From NCBI GenBank assembly GCA_964016885.1, contig OZ024743.1:261144001-261208000 (forward strand): a DNA stretch of 64,000 nt, given 5' to 3'. The notes under the pieces are model-generated. The model was not told where the DNA came from, ran no database searches, and worked only from the letters and a program-made list of their open reading frames with translations. Position 1 is the stretch's first letter, and each line of letters begins with the position of its first letter. Made by a program: the position numbers and the translations under genes. Below are positions 38,046-51,650 of this stretch, in pieces. The DNA comes from Eledone cirrhosa. Its lineage: Eukaryota.

Positions 38046-38571
38046 CACTTGTTCTGTACAAAATCTTTCAATTTGAAAAGAAGGCTCTGGCCATTGTCAA
38101 AACTTAGGAATTGACAAACGTTTTTTACTTTGAAATCATTTTGCATCATGGACAGCACAACTTGTGATCTCACTCATATTTCATCACAAAAATAGAGGAA
38201 AGCTAAAGACAAGAGTTTGTTATTATGAAAGATATATGGCAATGACAACATGACTGCTGATACGCTCACTAGATGCTCTTCTATAAAATCTGTTGGAATT
38301 GCAGAATTATATAAACATTTGTGTCGTTATAGGCTGACTCCATTATAACACTGTTAGATCTATGAACTTATCATTTTCTTTAGATGATGTTAAAGAGAAA
38401 AAGAAACCCCAAAACTTGTAAGAAATTCATTCTATGCTCAGGCGTAAAACCACGTTTCTAATTTTAAGTAAATATGGAATATTTGACCTTTAGCACTACT
38501 ATGATCATGACAAGCATATTCAGTTTTATTGAAGCTCCACAGTAAAGGAGTCTCAGCTACTACAGATTGAC

Positions 38572-41400
38572 TTTTTCTTCTTTGCCCACTTTTCCTGAGA
38601 GGGTGAAGTCAGTCCTTAAGCATGCCTTCCAGCAGGTCCTGTCAGAAGTAACTGTTTCCAATTGATCCTGCTGGATCTCCAAGCTCATGGATGTTAACCA
38701 GCCATCTTACTTGGGGTCTACACCTGGGTCTTCTGCCAGTTGGTTTTTCCTGTAAAATCTGTCCAGCGATTATTTCCTTACACATTCTGACCACATGTCT
38801 ATAGTATCGGAGCTGTGATTTTTTAATTTAAAGTAGTGGCTGGAGCAACTCCCTGATCTCTGAGTTACTCTATTGAGTAACATCACTCCAAAGACTCTTC
38901 AGGAGAAACCCATTTTGGCTGCTTGTATTTGTGATTGTTTCTTTTGTTCATTACACAAGATTTGTTACCATAGGTAAGGGTTGCACAAATACTAAATTAA
39001 ACATAGCGAGTTTAGCTTTTACATCTACCTCCTTTCTTCTGATGATCAAATGCTAAAGCTGGCACATTACTGCAACAGCTCCTGAAATTCTTGCACTTAA
39101 TTCAGCCTCTTGTCTTTCATCTCACATGAAAACGACTCTGAGATACTTGAACTTCTCCACCTGTTTTTGTGGAATTCCACTCATGTGCAAAGTGCATTGC
39201 ACAGGCTTCCTTGAGAGTATGAGTGACTCAGTCTTTGTAGCATTGATTTTTATTCCTGCTGAGTAGCACTCGGCAGCAAACCTATCACCTTCTGATGAGA
39301 TTAGTAGTACCATGTCACCTGCAAACTGATCCTACACCCACCAGTCTTGATGTCACTTCCAACCCAGCTGCATATGTCAATCCTGTCCATGAAGATTATG
39401 AACAGAAGAGGTAAAAGTATGCACCTTTGGTGGAATCCAACACTCCATTGAATGGTTTTAACTTAGCTGCACTTATCAGGCATTCATATAAAGACTTCAA
39501 GGCAACAAGAAGCTGCCCATCAATCCCATACTCCTGCAGAACCTTCCACAAGTCTCATGGAATGTTTTCATGCCTTTTTGAGGTCTATAAAACAAATGTA
39601 CACTTCTTGGCAAAATACTCCCATGATTTCTGAAAGACTGTGCTGCGTCCATTGTAAAAACCACACTGTCCATCAGCTAGCTTGGACTCAACAATCTTCC
39701 TGCATCTCTTTGTCATAGACTTTACCAGAGAGGCTTAACAAGGAGATTCCTCTCAGCATCTGAGAGGTTAGTCATCACTCCTAGATGCACTTCCTGTACA
39801 CCAGAAGATTTTGTTGTGACCGAGTTTAGTTGATCAGCAAAGTATTCTTTCCACATTGCGAGGATACACCTCTTGACAAGAGAAGAACCCCAAACAAGTT
39901 CCTGACAGCAGGTGTGGAAGGAGATATCTGCGAGAATACTTTATTTGCAGATCTGAAGTTGGATTCCTGTTTAACTCCAAAGTCCACCCATGTCTTAACT
40001 TTGAATGCCATTACTGTCTCTGCTGCACTTTTTTGCACCTGCTTGTACTGCAAGTGCAAGAGGGAGGGGGGACTTATTTCCAATCCAAGATTTATAAGCC
40101 TCTTTCTTTGCTCATCTTTAACCTTTTGACTGATCCAAGGTGTCCTCATGCCACCCGGCGCCACACCAAGCCACTTTTGCCCACAGAAACTGCCAAGCTG
40201 AATAGTCTCCACTCTGTTTCACTGTCCTCAGTTTGTTCAGGGAGTTCTCTGAATTTAGATGCAATAGTATCCACACATGGCTTAGTGGTTAGAGCATTGG
40301 CCTTGCAATCGAAAGGTTGTGAGTTCAATTCTCAGAACGGGTGATGTGTTGTTTCCTTGAGCAAGACACTTTATTTCACATTGCTCCAGTTTACTCAGCT
40401 GTAGAAATGAGATGATAGGGACTGGGGTCTCTATCATTCCACTGCAAAGTGGTCGTGGAGGTGCCACGGCAAAAAGCACCCAGCACTCACTGTAAATGAG
40501 GTTGGTGTTAGGAAGGGTATCCAGCTGTAGAAATCAAGCCAGAATCAGTTCCCGTCCCACCCTTGCAAGCAGGGAAAAGTGGACGTAAAATGATGATGAT
40601 GATGATACTTAATCCTGACTTTCTTATCAGCCAATGCTTCCCACTTTATTCTGTAGGGCGACCTGGTCCTGCTAGTTTTGTGGATTTTCTTGACTTTAAG
40701 TAGTCTCTGGTTACAGATAACTAGATTGTGATCAGATGACAGCTCAGCCCCTCTCTTAACATGAATATCCAACACAGAACTGAAGAGATTTGAGACAATA
40801 ATAAAATCAGTTACTGATCTCTGTCCCCGATTTCCCTTGTACCATGTATATTTATGGATTCCAATGTGCTGGAAGAAGGTGTTCATAATACAGAGTCCAT
40901 TACTAGAACAAAAGACTAAGGCCTCTCCATTCGTATTTGGATTGAGATTGTCGTTCCTTCCAATTACCCATTTCCATGTCAGGTAGTCAGTGCCAACATG
41001 TGCACTGAAGTCTTTCATTAAGATTTAGTCTTAACTGGCAATCCAAATCTACAGTACCAGGGTCACAGAACTTTGTTGTGGAAACCCCGACTATATCTAG
41101 CCAGTAGCATCTGCCCTCTACTAGTCCCTGCTCCTTACCTATAAGGGTTATAATGTTCCAGTTGCCAATTGTTACAAGTTTCTCCCTTCTGGACCCTCTT
41201 TGGGGTCTCGAGATACACAACCTTTGTGTCCATGCTTCCCAGGACAAGTTGCAAGCCCATCACCAGTTCTCACATCATTGGATGGAGGCTGCGATATACT
41301 TTAAGAACAGGCCTCTCTTCCTAAGACCTAAATGTATCCCTTTGTTACCTTGTGCGAAGGGCAAGGTTGTATGAATGCTCTCATTGCATCTGACTATACT
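38572..41400 (-). mobile_element. Decayed RTE-clade (Expander-like) LINE
   Basis: Minus strand: GNWNIITL, DFSAHVG, IMNTFFQH..HKYTWY, SSDHNLV (APE); DRFAAEC..AGIKINATKTE, QVEKFKYL (RT). 5' boundary uncertain. Confidence 0.85.
40275..40606 (+). mobile_element. SINE head plus RTE-type tail with (GAT)n, nested in the RTE LINE
   Basis: TGGCTTAGTGGTTAGAGC...GAGTTCAATTCTC...TTGAGCAAGACACTT, then TTGGTGTTAGGAAGGG...GTGGACGTAAAATGATGATGATGAT. Confidence 0.75.
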
Positions 41401-41899
41401 GCTGTTTTGATAGTTTTATTCTCACCAGTCACCAATTTGGTAATTTTCTCAGACCTGTGAAAACTAGGCTTTTTTTTGGAGGCAGCCTTTACTCACCTTG
41501 TCAGGGTTGTGAGAGTTTTTTGGGGAGCTAACAGTGTCACCCATTGCTCTATATCCCCTAGTAGTTTACCACTGTTGGTCCAATGTTGCTTATTCGTCCG
41601 ACAGGCACCTGCTTATATCATAAGTAACCATTATATCTGGTGGCTCTAATGCTATCTACCATTCTCTGGCAGAACAGCTCTATAGAATTAATTTTTCATA
41701 TAGCATGTGTCCCAACCTACGTTTTGTCAGTATTTTATTTATTTATTTTTTCAATTCAACACCACTCTAAGTTAATTCACAAAAAAAACTATAAATCTTC
41801 ACTGGTCAATCTAAGATCTAAACACAGCTGATTTCTTTCACACTGGGAGAGAGAGAGAGAGGTGAGAAAAAGATAAAGATGAAGAATCAACACATTAAC

Positions 41900-42030
41900 A
41901 CTAGTACTGGATTATTAATTTATTTCTCAACCTCAAAAGGATGAAAGGCAAAGTTTACCGTTGTGGGATTTGAACTGAGAGAGCAGAGCCAAAATAAATA
42001 ATAAATTTCTAACAGTTCTACCAATTCCCC
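41900..42030 (-). mobile_element. Decayed OK-like SINE
   Basis: AAAGGATGAAAGGCAAAGTTTAC...GGGATTTGAACT is the reverse complement of the motif at 48160-48200. Confidence 0.55.
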
Positions 42031-42064
42031 AATTAACACCTTATACATTTAAAAAAAAAAACGA

Positions 42065-42387
42065 CAACCAATTGGTCATTTTGATATACTAACACAACCT
42101 ACAAGCTTTAATCAAACCGCTGGTCATCTTTGAATATTAACACAACCCATAAGCTTTAATTAAACCACTGGTCATATTTGCTATAACAACACTAGATACA
42201 AGCTTTAATTAAACCACTGGTCATCTTTGATATAACAATACTAGATACAAGCTTTAATTAAACCATTAGTCATCTTTGATACAACAATACTAGATACAAG
42301 ATTTAACTAAACCACTGGTCATCGTTGATATGCTACAACTAGCTATAGGCTTTAATTAAACTACTGGTCATCTTTGATATACTAACA
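42065..42387. repeat. ~48-bp minisatellite, ~7 copies (ACAAGCTTTAATTAAACCACTGGTCATCTTTGATATAACAATACTAGAT)
   Basis: Seen directly. Confidence 0.9.
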
Positions 42388-42489
42388 GTACGTACAAAAT
42401 ATGTAGTCAGGTGAAGTCAAGCTGCATCATCCAGATCTCGACGAAGTCTCGTTAAACTGCACGTTAGTTAGTTTACAGCTGTAACAGCA

Positions 42490-43020
42490 CGATAGAGACA
42501 GAAAGAAAGAGCGGGGCTGAAATAGTGAGAGTCAAAGAAAGAGGGTGTTAGAAGGCTGAAGAAAAAGTAAAGAGAGTAGGTGGAAGAAAAGAATGAGTAG
42601 ACAGAGAAAGTGAAAGGAGCGAATATGTAGAGGAAGAAGAGAGAGAATGAGAGTAAAGGAATTAAAGGAGTGAGTAGGTTCACGAAGAGAAAGGAAGAAA
42701 CAAGAGAAGGCAGACAAGAGATACGGAAAGAAGTAAAACGAAAGAGTTGGCTTATGAAAAGATAGCGATAGAAAGCGTGGAAGAGGGGAAAAGATTGATG
42801 ATTTAATGAAGGATAAAAATATGGAAATAAGAGAGGTAACGAATTTGTGAGATAGACGGAAGAAACGAGATAGTAAAAAGAGAAAGAGAAAAATACATAC
42901 ACACCCTAAATATACACACACATTATATATATATATGTGCGTACGTGAGAGAGAGATGGGGGATAGTATAAGGAAATAAAAAGAAGAGAGAGAAAAGAAG
43001 GAGGGTATCAAACAGGAAGC
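42490..43020. repeat. Purine-rich (GA) low-complexity tract
   Basis: Strong A/G strand bias. Confidence 0.6.
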
Positions 43021-43498
43021 TAGATATAGTGATAGGTAATAAATATAATAAATATATTAAACAAAATATCTGTCTCTCTCTCCATCACAGTTTATGTGAG
43101 AAGTGAACCACGGAAGTAAAGCTCTCTAAAGCTCACTTTCTCTCTCACACACCATCATGTCTACCATACATCCAACATTTATTTCTACATTTCAAAATTA
43201 CACAAACAAACACTCTTAACGAATAACATACAACGCAAACAAACCGCCTTATCATTTTTCATTCATTTTATTTTCGTCTTTTCCCCTTCATTCGCAATAC
43301 GTGTGCGTTATATATATACGTATATATTCAATTTTCTCTTTCTTTCTATCTTGTCATATCTTTCTCTCCTTTATACAAACATCGATCTCATCAAACAGCG
43401 CTGACACTTTTGGATATACATACACATCATATATATATGTGTGTGTATATATATATGTATATATATATGTATATCTATAATATATAAAGGATTACACA

Positions 43499-43622
43499 AT
43501 GTCGCTGAGTAAAGGATACAGGGTTTATCGTAAAAATGAGCCACCTTACAGTGTGCTTTTGGAAAACAGAGCCCGGACTGAAGAAATGTTGATGTTTGAA
43601 TCTCATGCTGTTGCCGTACTGT
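43499..43622 (+). CDS. SYNJ1: Synaptojanin, first coding exon (N-terminus before the SAC1 domain)
   Basis: MSLSKGYRVYRKNEPPYSVLLENRARTEEMLMFESHAVAVL matches recalled vertebrate SYNJ1 [41 protein letters not shown]. Similarity ends exactly at a phase-1 GTAAGT donor (43623). No further exon found in the window. Confidence 0.88.
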
Positions 43623-44561
43623 GTAAGTATTTCTTTTTTTCTTTTGCATTTCCTGCAAACGGCCAGATTTACGTAAATGACCCACATCTTATCGCCTCAC
43701 AATCCGCAGGGTCATCCAAAAATATTTACCATAAGGTAAATAATGTTTACAATTTTTTTGTGAGACTTTCTGGCGTAATTCGTTTAAGAAGAGACCAAGG
43801 AACCCTCAAGCTTTATTTAGATTAAGACTTCGACACGTATAAATCTGTCACTATCCGTAAAATAAATTATTTCAAGGAAAGATAGTATGACAGATATATA
43901 TATATATATATATATATTATCTTTCTTTTGAAGGATGAAAGGTAAAGACGAATTTAGATTTGAAATGAATGCAACTGTTATCTTTCTCTGTCATTGCGCC
44001 AAACATTTATTTCTTGTCAACCGAATTATTGTTTATGTATGTACCTGTTTTGTCCACCCATTATGTTTGCCTATCCATTCATCCATTATGTAAATGCGTA
44101 TGTATCTGTGTCTTGTCCATCTATCCATCCATCTACTATATCACATGAATGGCTGTAGCAGCCACCAGTTCTATAATGTCTATCTCTCTCTCTATGTTTG
44201 TTCATCAACATACTGCTGCATACCCGCTTGCCCACCCTCTTTTCTTCGTCGCGCTCTGTTTAAAAGAACAACAAAACATGTTGCTGTTTAGTACTATGTT
44301 AACCCTGGTAGAACAGAACTATGATCAAAAGCATTCCAGCTGTGACTATCCTTTCTGTTTGTATACCAGGGACTAGATGATAAAGTGTGTGATTTCAGGA
44401 AGATTTGGCTGCTATTTCTAGCAAATCAAGGGATAACATAAAAAAAGTCCCTCGTTGGTTAGTCTCAAAAAATAAATTATATACATTGATGTCGAAATTA
44501 TTGATTGTATGCGTTAGTGTACGAGGTGTGTATTTAAGACTAATTATTATTACATATTAAG

Positions 44562-44872
<311 letters not shown>

Positions 44873-45074
44873 AAGTTCGTTGTAACTGCTGTCATGATCA
44901 TTCATAATTATCGCTATTAATGAACTCTAACGTTATTATTATCGTTACAGTTGTTATTGTTGTTTCGTTACAACTTATATAATATATTCTATATTCTGAT
45001 GTTGTCATAATTATTCCCACGACAATAATTATTAATAGAGGTCGTTGCTTCCATGGTTGAGTGGGCATGATCAG

Positions 45075-45290
45075 AGTAGAGCCTGGCTAAATAAGTTAAA
45101 CTATTTTCTTACACACCTCTATATCCTAGTTTCAAATTCCGCCGCGTGGTTGATATTACCTTTCTTCGCTGTGATCGATAACAAAATAAAATAAATGAGT
45201 AAATAAATCCCCTGACATCGTACTGGACTCGATATATCGGGCTTACACCGCCCCCATAGCACGTTTGTGGCCTTGTGCCAATTTCAGATA
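45075..45290 (+). mobile_element. Decayed OK-like SINE
   Basis: TTCAAATTCCGCCG...TACCTTTC...TCGATAA...GTACTGG...TGTGGCCTTGTGCC. Confidence 0.55.
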
Positions 45291-45647
45291 TTTATAATCT
45301 ATTCAGCCACTATCTCTGTCTCACGTTCTGTTTCCTTCTAGATTTATGCAGATACCGCAGGGAATCACCACACTCGATCTGCTTATTATAAATAGCCGCC
45401 AAATCCTCCTCAGATCACGCCCGAGGGGAAGGCCACATTTGATAATGTTGTCTCATCCATAAAAGAGATGGCCCCTAAATGAAATATCTGTAGTCATATA
45501 GGTCTGCTCGGTCAGAGTTGAACTAGGATTGAACAACAATACACTCCATTTTACATCGCCTCATATAAAAACGTTTTTACTTCCACCACACCCAACCTTT
45601 CTTTGTCGTTTTTAAAATAATTCCACCATGATTTTAGCATCTGTGTC

Positions 45648-45650
<3 letters not shown>

Positions 45651-45697
<47 letters not shown>
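45651..45697. repeat. (TA)n microsatellite
   Basis: Seen directly. Confidence 0.95.
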
Positions 45698-45700
<3 letters not shown>

Positions 45701-46273
45701 TCTACCAGGAGTTGCGACCGGTAGATAGTATCAGCAACGGAAAGACCATTGGAAATATTGTTTCCTTGATCCGATTTGACGAGTTTCACCCCACTCGGTA
45801 AGCGATTGAGGCCTGGGATCTTGTCGATTGTTAAGAATAAGAATATATATGTATCGGTGGCGTGGAGAGAGGAGACTGGTATGCATGGGCGACCGCTGAT
45901 CTTTCACAAAAACACTTTGCCCATAGAAGTGCCCATGGTCATTCATTCGCGAACGAAAGGATCTCATATATACATACATACAAATCATCAGGAAGGTACT
46001 TCCGAGTGATTTCAAACGAATGAAATGATTATAGTCCTGTAGAAATAATTTCTATATAAAATAAATATATATATGTTATATTCATGTCTTGTCAAACATT
46101 GGTATTAAATCACATTTATTTACATTAAACTGGAAGTGTGTGGGTGTTAGTGCGTAAAAACGTAAAAAGGCAGACAGACAGGTGTTTGTTGTAATGTTGA
46201 TTAACCGTGCATTAGGCATAACTTGTAGCAGCCGATACATCTCTGCCAATCTCATCTACATTGCAGACCCACT

Positions 46274-46307
<34 letters not shown>

Positions 46308-46781
46308 TACGTGTGTGTATATGTGTAACCTTGAATATATAATACGTGTGGCTATGTGTATAACCTTCTATATATATATATATATATATGCACATACATT
46401 TGTTTGTGTAAGCATGTGTGTCTCTCTCTCTCTCTCTCTCTCTCTCTGCGCGAATGTATAATCTTGTGTGTATAATCGTTTGTGTGTAAAATCATGTGGT
46501 GCTAATCACCTTCCTTCTCCATACGATTATAATTTCAATTAAAAATTACTTTTGTCTCACCACATCAAGTTTTGCCCGCTTGTACATAACTGCATGTTTA
46601 CCCTTTTGGGATTTTCCAATGTTAGTATATATGCATGCGTGTGTATGTATATCTATCTATATGCATGTAGGTATGTATCGATATATGTATGTACATGTAT
46701 GCTTATATATATGTAAGTAAATATATATATTTATATATATATGTGTGTATGTGTATATACGTGTGTGTGTGTGTGTGTAAG

Positions 46782-46930
46782 ATGGTTGGTTATAGGAAGG
46801 TCATCCAACCACAGTAATCATGCCAAACATGGAACATATGAACACATTTTTTTCAACCTGTCTAGTCTTAGATCGTAACAACCTGTCCAACCCATGCTGG
46901 CATTGAAGGTGTACGTAAAATGATGATGGT
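46782..46930 (+). mobile_element. RTE 3' UTR fragment
   Basis: GGTTGG...AGGAAGGTCATCCAACC...CCAACCCATGCTGGCAT...ACGTAAAATGATGATG. Confidence 0.6.
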
Positions 46931-47729
46931 TATGTTGATGTTATAATATAATCATGAGTCGTGTTAAATTAATCAACTTTAATCGCGAATAAACAGATCT
47001 ACTCACGATTAATTCAGTTGAAAAGTAACATTGTTAAATAAGACAATATAGGTTATATCTGAGAAAAAGAACCAGGCAGTACTTCTTCCTCACACATTGT
47101 TTGTTTTTCGAAGACTGTATTGAATGTTGTGTCAGAGTAGTTTAGCCTAGCACCAAACACTACTTCAATGGATCATTGTGCAATTTCTAATGTAAACTGT
47201 ACTACATCATCACCACAGTTGTTTAATGTTTGTCTTTCCTGCTAGCATGGGTGGGACGTGTCATCATGACACAAGATGAGACAGGCTGGAAAGACCTCTT
47301 CTTGCTCACATGTTCCCTATTTAGCATGGTTTCTGCACTGTCTGCCTTTCCTAACATCAATCACCTTGCACACACAATTAATCTAGAGTCTTCTCTTACA
47401 AATTCATTGTAGCAGAATATTATGCCTAAAAACCTCCCCTTTTCCTTGCTGCTTGTTTTCTAATTAGGGGTAATTCTCAGTAAACCAATCTGTGATTTCC
47501 TTATTGTTGGTGATACAATTATTGAAGAATTCAATAGTATTTATTCTTTCTGGTATCACTGGTTCTACAGTAAGGTCTTTAGACTCGTATTTGAATGTGT
47601 TTACTGTACTGACTTCTGCAGCTCTTCAACAGATAACATTTTACTATGTGACACTATTCATTCCTCCAAATATTCCACACTGACATTTTGTCAATCTCAC
47701 TTCATTGGGTAGCTTAATGTTATTAATGG

Positions 47730-48118
47730 ACGATACTCTACCGATATGGCCAATCCAAAGCGTTTTTTAAGGCCATAAATAATATCAAAGTAACTGAGAA
47801 CTACATGAGAAGAGTTGAGAAGAATTTATTGTCAGAAGCATGAAATGTCCATTAATAACTGTCTCTACTTTAGGCACAAGGCCAGCAATTACCCAGTGCA
47901 TTACTGGTACTTTACCTTACGGGGTCGATAAAATAAAGTACCAGTAATGCACTGGGTAATTGCTGGCCTTGTGCCTAAAGTAGAAACAGTTATTAATGGA
48001 CATTTCATGCTTCTGACAATAAACTCTTCTCAACTCTTCTCATGTAGTTCTCAGTTACTTTGATATTATTTATGGCCTTAAAAAACGCTTTGGATTGGCC
48101 ATATCGGTAGAGTATCGT
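47730..48118. repeat. Near-perfect inverted repeat: 185-bp arms, 19-bp spacer
   Basis: 47730-47914 is the reverse complement of 47934-48118; two mismatches seen. Confidence 0.95.
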
Positions 48119-48119
48119 A

Positions 48120-48300
48120 CAACATGCTTTGTGGCATATAATTGTTCCTTTATGTACTTAAGTTCAAATCCCACTGAGGATAGCTTTGCCTTTCATCCTC
48201 AAAGGGTCGATAAAATAAAGTACCAGTAATGTACTGCAGTCATATATAATAGACTTCTCTTCCTCCAAAATTGTTGGCCTTGTGCCTAAATCAGACACCA
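48120..48300 (+). mobile_element. OK-like SINE body/tail
   Basis: AGTTCAAATCCCACTGAGG..AGCTTTGCCTTTCATCC...GGGTCGATAAAATAAAGTACCAGT...GGCCTTGTGCCTAAA. Confidence 0.65.
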
Positions 48301-49127
48301 TTATCTATAGCCTCCATGATATGGTAGTTTTACCAAAGGTCCTTGTTAGATTATTTAACTTGGGGAATAACTTCTTCAGAAAATTTTTTCGAAATAGAAA
48401 CATAACTCTTCTTTAGCTAACCTCCCTCGTGTTGGTGATTTATATGATAAATGCACCTAGTACACTCTGTAATGTGGTTGGTGATAAGAAAAGAATCCAG
48501 TCATATTAAACTTGCCAAACAAATGATTGAGGGGAGTCTTCAGCTGTGTCAAGGATATGATAATCTCCCTAGTGTTGGTCTCATGATAAATTGCACTCGG
48601 TAGTGTGCAGCACAGTATGTAAGCAATCTGCAGACTACCAGTGCATCTGGTAGGGTGCAAAGAATGTAAGCTAGATGCAGGCTCCTGGCCCACCATGGAG
48701 TCAGTACCTCCACTGCCAGCCCATCCAAACTTTGTTAGCAGGAAAAACTGATGATGATGATGTAGTAGATTTGACATTAGAAATTACACAGTGAAGTGGT
48801 ATTTGGTGCTGTGTCTGAAGGGTGTCAATATTCAAGGTGTGGCCTTGAAGGGTGCAATATATATTTGTTTATCAGTGTCGGACAAGAACATAAAAGTAAA
48901 ACACCAGTCTGTAAACATTTGTATTGTCAGCCAGGCCTTTTTGTTTGATTTCAATGTATTTAAAATGTTTCTGCTATTAGTCCTGGTCTTTCTTAATAAT
49001 AAATAAGCACTGGCTTTATTTTGAAGGATCATGAAGTATTAACCTCAAATAGCCTTGAAAAAGAAACAGTTTTGTTTTCTCTTCCACTCTTATCCAGAAA
49101 AGACCTGTTTCAATTACCTTGAATACA

Positions 49128-50297
49128 AGTTGAGAAGATGAGTTGATAGTTGAGAAGATGAGTTGATAGTTGAGAAGATGAGTTGATAGTTGAGAAGATG
49201 AGTTGATAGTTGAGAAGATGAGTTGATAGTTGAGAAGATGAGTTGATAGTTGAGAAGATGAGTTGATAGTTGAGGTGGGGAGTTGACAGTTGAGGTGGGG
49301 AGTTGATAGTTGAGGTGGGGAGTTGATAGTTGAGGTGGGGAGTTGATAGTTGAGAAGATGAGTTGATAGTTGAGGTGGGGAGTTGATAGTTGAGAAGGGG
49401 AGTTGATAGTTGAGAAGGGGAGTTGATAGTTGAGGTGGGGAGTTGATAGTTGAGGTGGGGAGTTGATAGTTGAGGTGGGGAGTTGATAGTTGAGGTGGGG
49501 AGTTGATAGTTGAGAAGGGGAGTTGATAGTTGAGAAGGGGAGTTGATAGTTGAGAAGGGGAGTTGATAGTTGAGGTGGGGAGTTGACAGTTGAGGTGGGG
49601 AGTTGATAGTTGAGGTGGGAAGTTGACAGTTGAGGTGGGGAGTTGATAGTTGAGGTGGGGAGTTGATAGTTGAGGTGGGGAGTTGATAGTTGAGGTGGGA
49701 AGTTGACAGTTGAGGTGGGGAGTTGAGAAGGGGAGTTGATAGTTGAGGTGGGGAGTTGACAGTTGAGGTGGGGAGTTGATAGTTGAGGTGGGGAGTTGAT
49801 AGTTGAGGTGGGGAGTTGACAGTTGAGGTGGGGAGTTGACAGTTGAGAAGGGAAGTTGATAGTTGAGAAGGGAAGTTGATAGTTGAGAAGGGGAGTTGAC
49901 AGTTGAGGTGGGGAGTTGACAGTTGAGATGGGGAGTTGACAGTTGAGGTGGGGAGTTGACAGTTGAGATGGGGAGTTGACAGTTGAGAAGGGGAGTTGAT
50001 AGTTGAGGTGGGAAGTTGACAGTTGAGGTGGGGAGTTGAGGTGGGAAGTTGACAGTTGAGGTGGGGAGTTGACAGTTGAGGTGGGGAGTTGACAGTTTAG
50101 GTGGGGAGTTGACAGTTGAGAAGGGGAGTTGACAGTTGAGGTGGGGAGTTGATAATTGAGGTGGGTAGTTGACAGTTGTGGTGGGGAGTTGACAGTTGTG
50201 GTGGGTAGTTGACAGTTGTGGTGGGGAGTTGACAGTTGTGGTGGGGAGTTGACAGTTGAGGTGGGGAGTTGACAGTTGAGGTGGGGAGTTGACAGTT
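49128..50297. repeat. 20-bp minisatellite AGTTGAYAGTTGAGGTGGGG, roughly 58 copies
   Basis: Seen directly. The 430-aa minus-strand ORF is a by-product. Confidence 0.97.
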
Positions 50298-51039
50298 GCC
50301 ATACTCAATGATGCTGTTAAGAACTTGGAGGAATCTCTTGCCTTCTTGAGTGTCAGGCTTTGTTAAACAGCTTCATTCAATATAAACAACTTCGTTAGAC
50401 AAGTGCATTAAACAAGTTTCATTAGACAGTGTCATAGAAACAGCTTCATTAGACATAGAGCTATGTAGATTATATCATCATTTGAATCTTTAAAACTTAA
50501 CTCTGTTTGCTATAAAAGCTTCTGAATTATCTCCTTTGTGTCTGTGTAAATGTCTGAAGATGTTCTTTGGTTTTGCATTATAAGTTGGTTTAGTGACATG
50601 TTGCATTGCATTTCACTCATACACGTAACATACCTGTCATTTTCTTTTAATTTACAACTCATTTTTTTTTTTTTGCTGATAATAATGGGGTTGTCATATC
50701 TGAAGCTTATATTTTGTTTGCATTTTTCTAATCATTGGTGTAGCCATTTCTAAACATTTAGCCACATGTACTTGACATTTTCCAGGTTTCAGTCATCTCA
50801 ATACATGGAGTTTTGTGTTAAGTGAGACTGTTTTTGGCACTAGCTGAACTCTCAGTACTTGCAGTTGCAGGCAATTGTTCACTCATAATGGTTAATTAAT
50901 TATGTTACTAATTTTGGGTATATGCCGAAGTAGGCATAAATGTGAATTAGTTTCATACATAATGTAGTGCTATTCTATTTAAAATAGTGTCTCTTTGATA
51001 AAACAACCCTATAGTGAATCAATGTTATGTGGGGTATTA

Positions 51040-51650
51040 TTATTGTGCAAGATGGTGTACTAGAGAGAACCAAGACACTGTGGGGAGAAGTACATACAGA
51101 ATGACAGTGGAACAATTTCCCTTACTGGTGATGAAAAGAAAGATGCATGGAAGTACTACTACAAAAGGTTGCTGAATTAAGAGAATGCATGAGGGTCTAC
51201 CCCAAGGAGACACAACTGAGGGACCAGCCATCCAAGTTGACAGCAATATGGTAGATAAAGTGATTAAGGATATGAAGATATGGAAGACAGCCAGCCCATC
51301 AGGGATTGTTGCAGAGATGATTAAGCCTTTAGCATTCACATTACTCTATATTTACTATTGTATTTTCTCATAATTATCTCACATAATAGGGGATCTATGA
51401 GATTTTGATATTATTTATTTTGAGAACAATACCTTAACATCAGTTTGAGCAGCCGGTTACAGCCGGTTTGAACAGGAAGAGGTAAGAGAATTCTGGTCCG
51501 ATATGGCCAATTTAAACTATCAGTCAGATTAATAGGTCACAAGATAATCACTCACATATTTAATCAGGTAGTACAGGAAGATGTCATACCCAATGACTGG
51601 TATAGAAACATCATTGTCAACTGCCACAAAAGTTATAGGAGATGCACAAA
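51040..51650 (+). mobile_element. Internal RTE LINE fragment (same family as 59072-61160), interrupted by a MITE
   Basis: EGPAIQVDSNMVDKVIKDMK..KTASPSGIVAEM matches EGPAVQVSSNIVSKAIKDMKMGKATGPSGIAAEM; resumes at ~51535 with NQVVQEDVIPNDW. Confidence 0.75.
51325..51517. mobile_element. piggyBac-type MITE, right end lost
   Basis: TTAA|GCCTTTAGCATTCACATTACTCTATA..., same family as 56231-56450 and 61515-62416. Confidence 0.7.

Noticed and set aside
45698-45835. Possible hammerhead or PLE end next to (TA)n on - (ATCCCA/TGGGGT stem, GAAACTCGTC)
   Set aside because: The core is not CUGANGA or UUGANAA and no stem I pairing was found.
49016-50308. 430-aa ORF; likewise the ORFs at 57556-58222
   Set aside because: Minisatellite translations.
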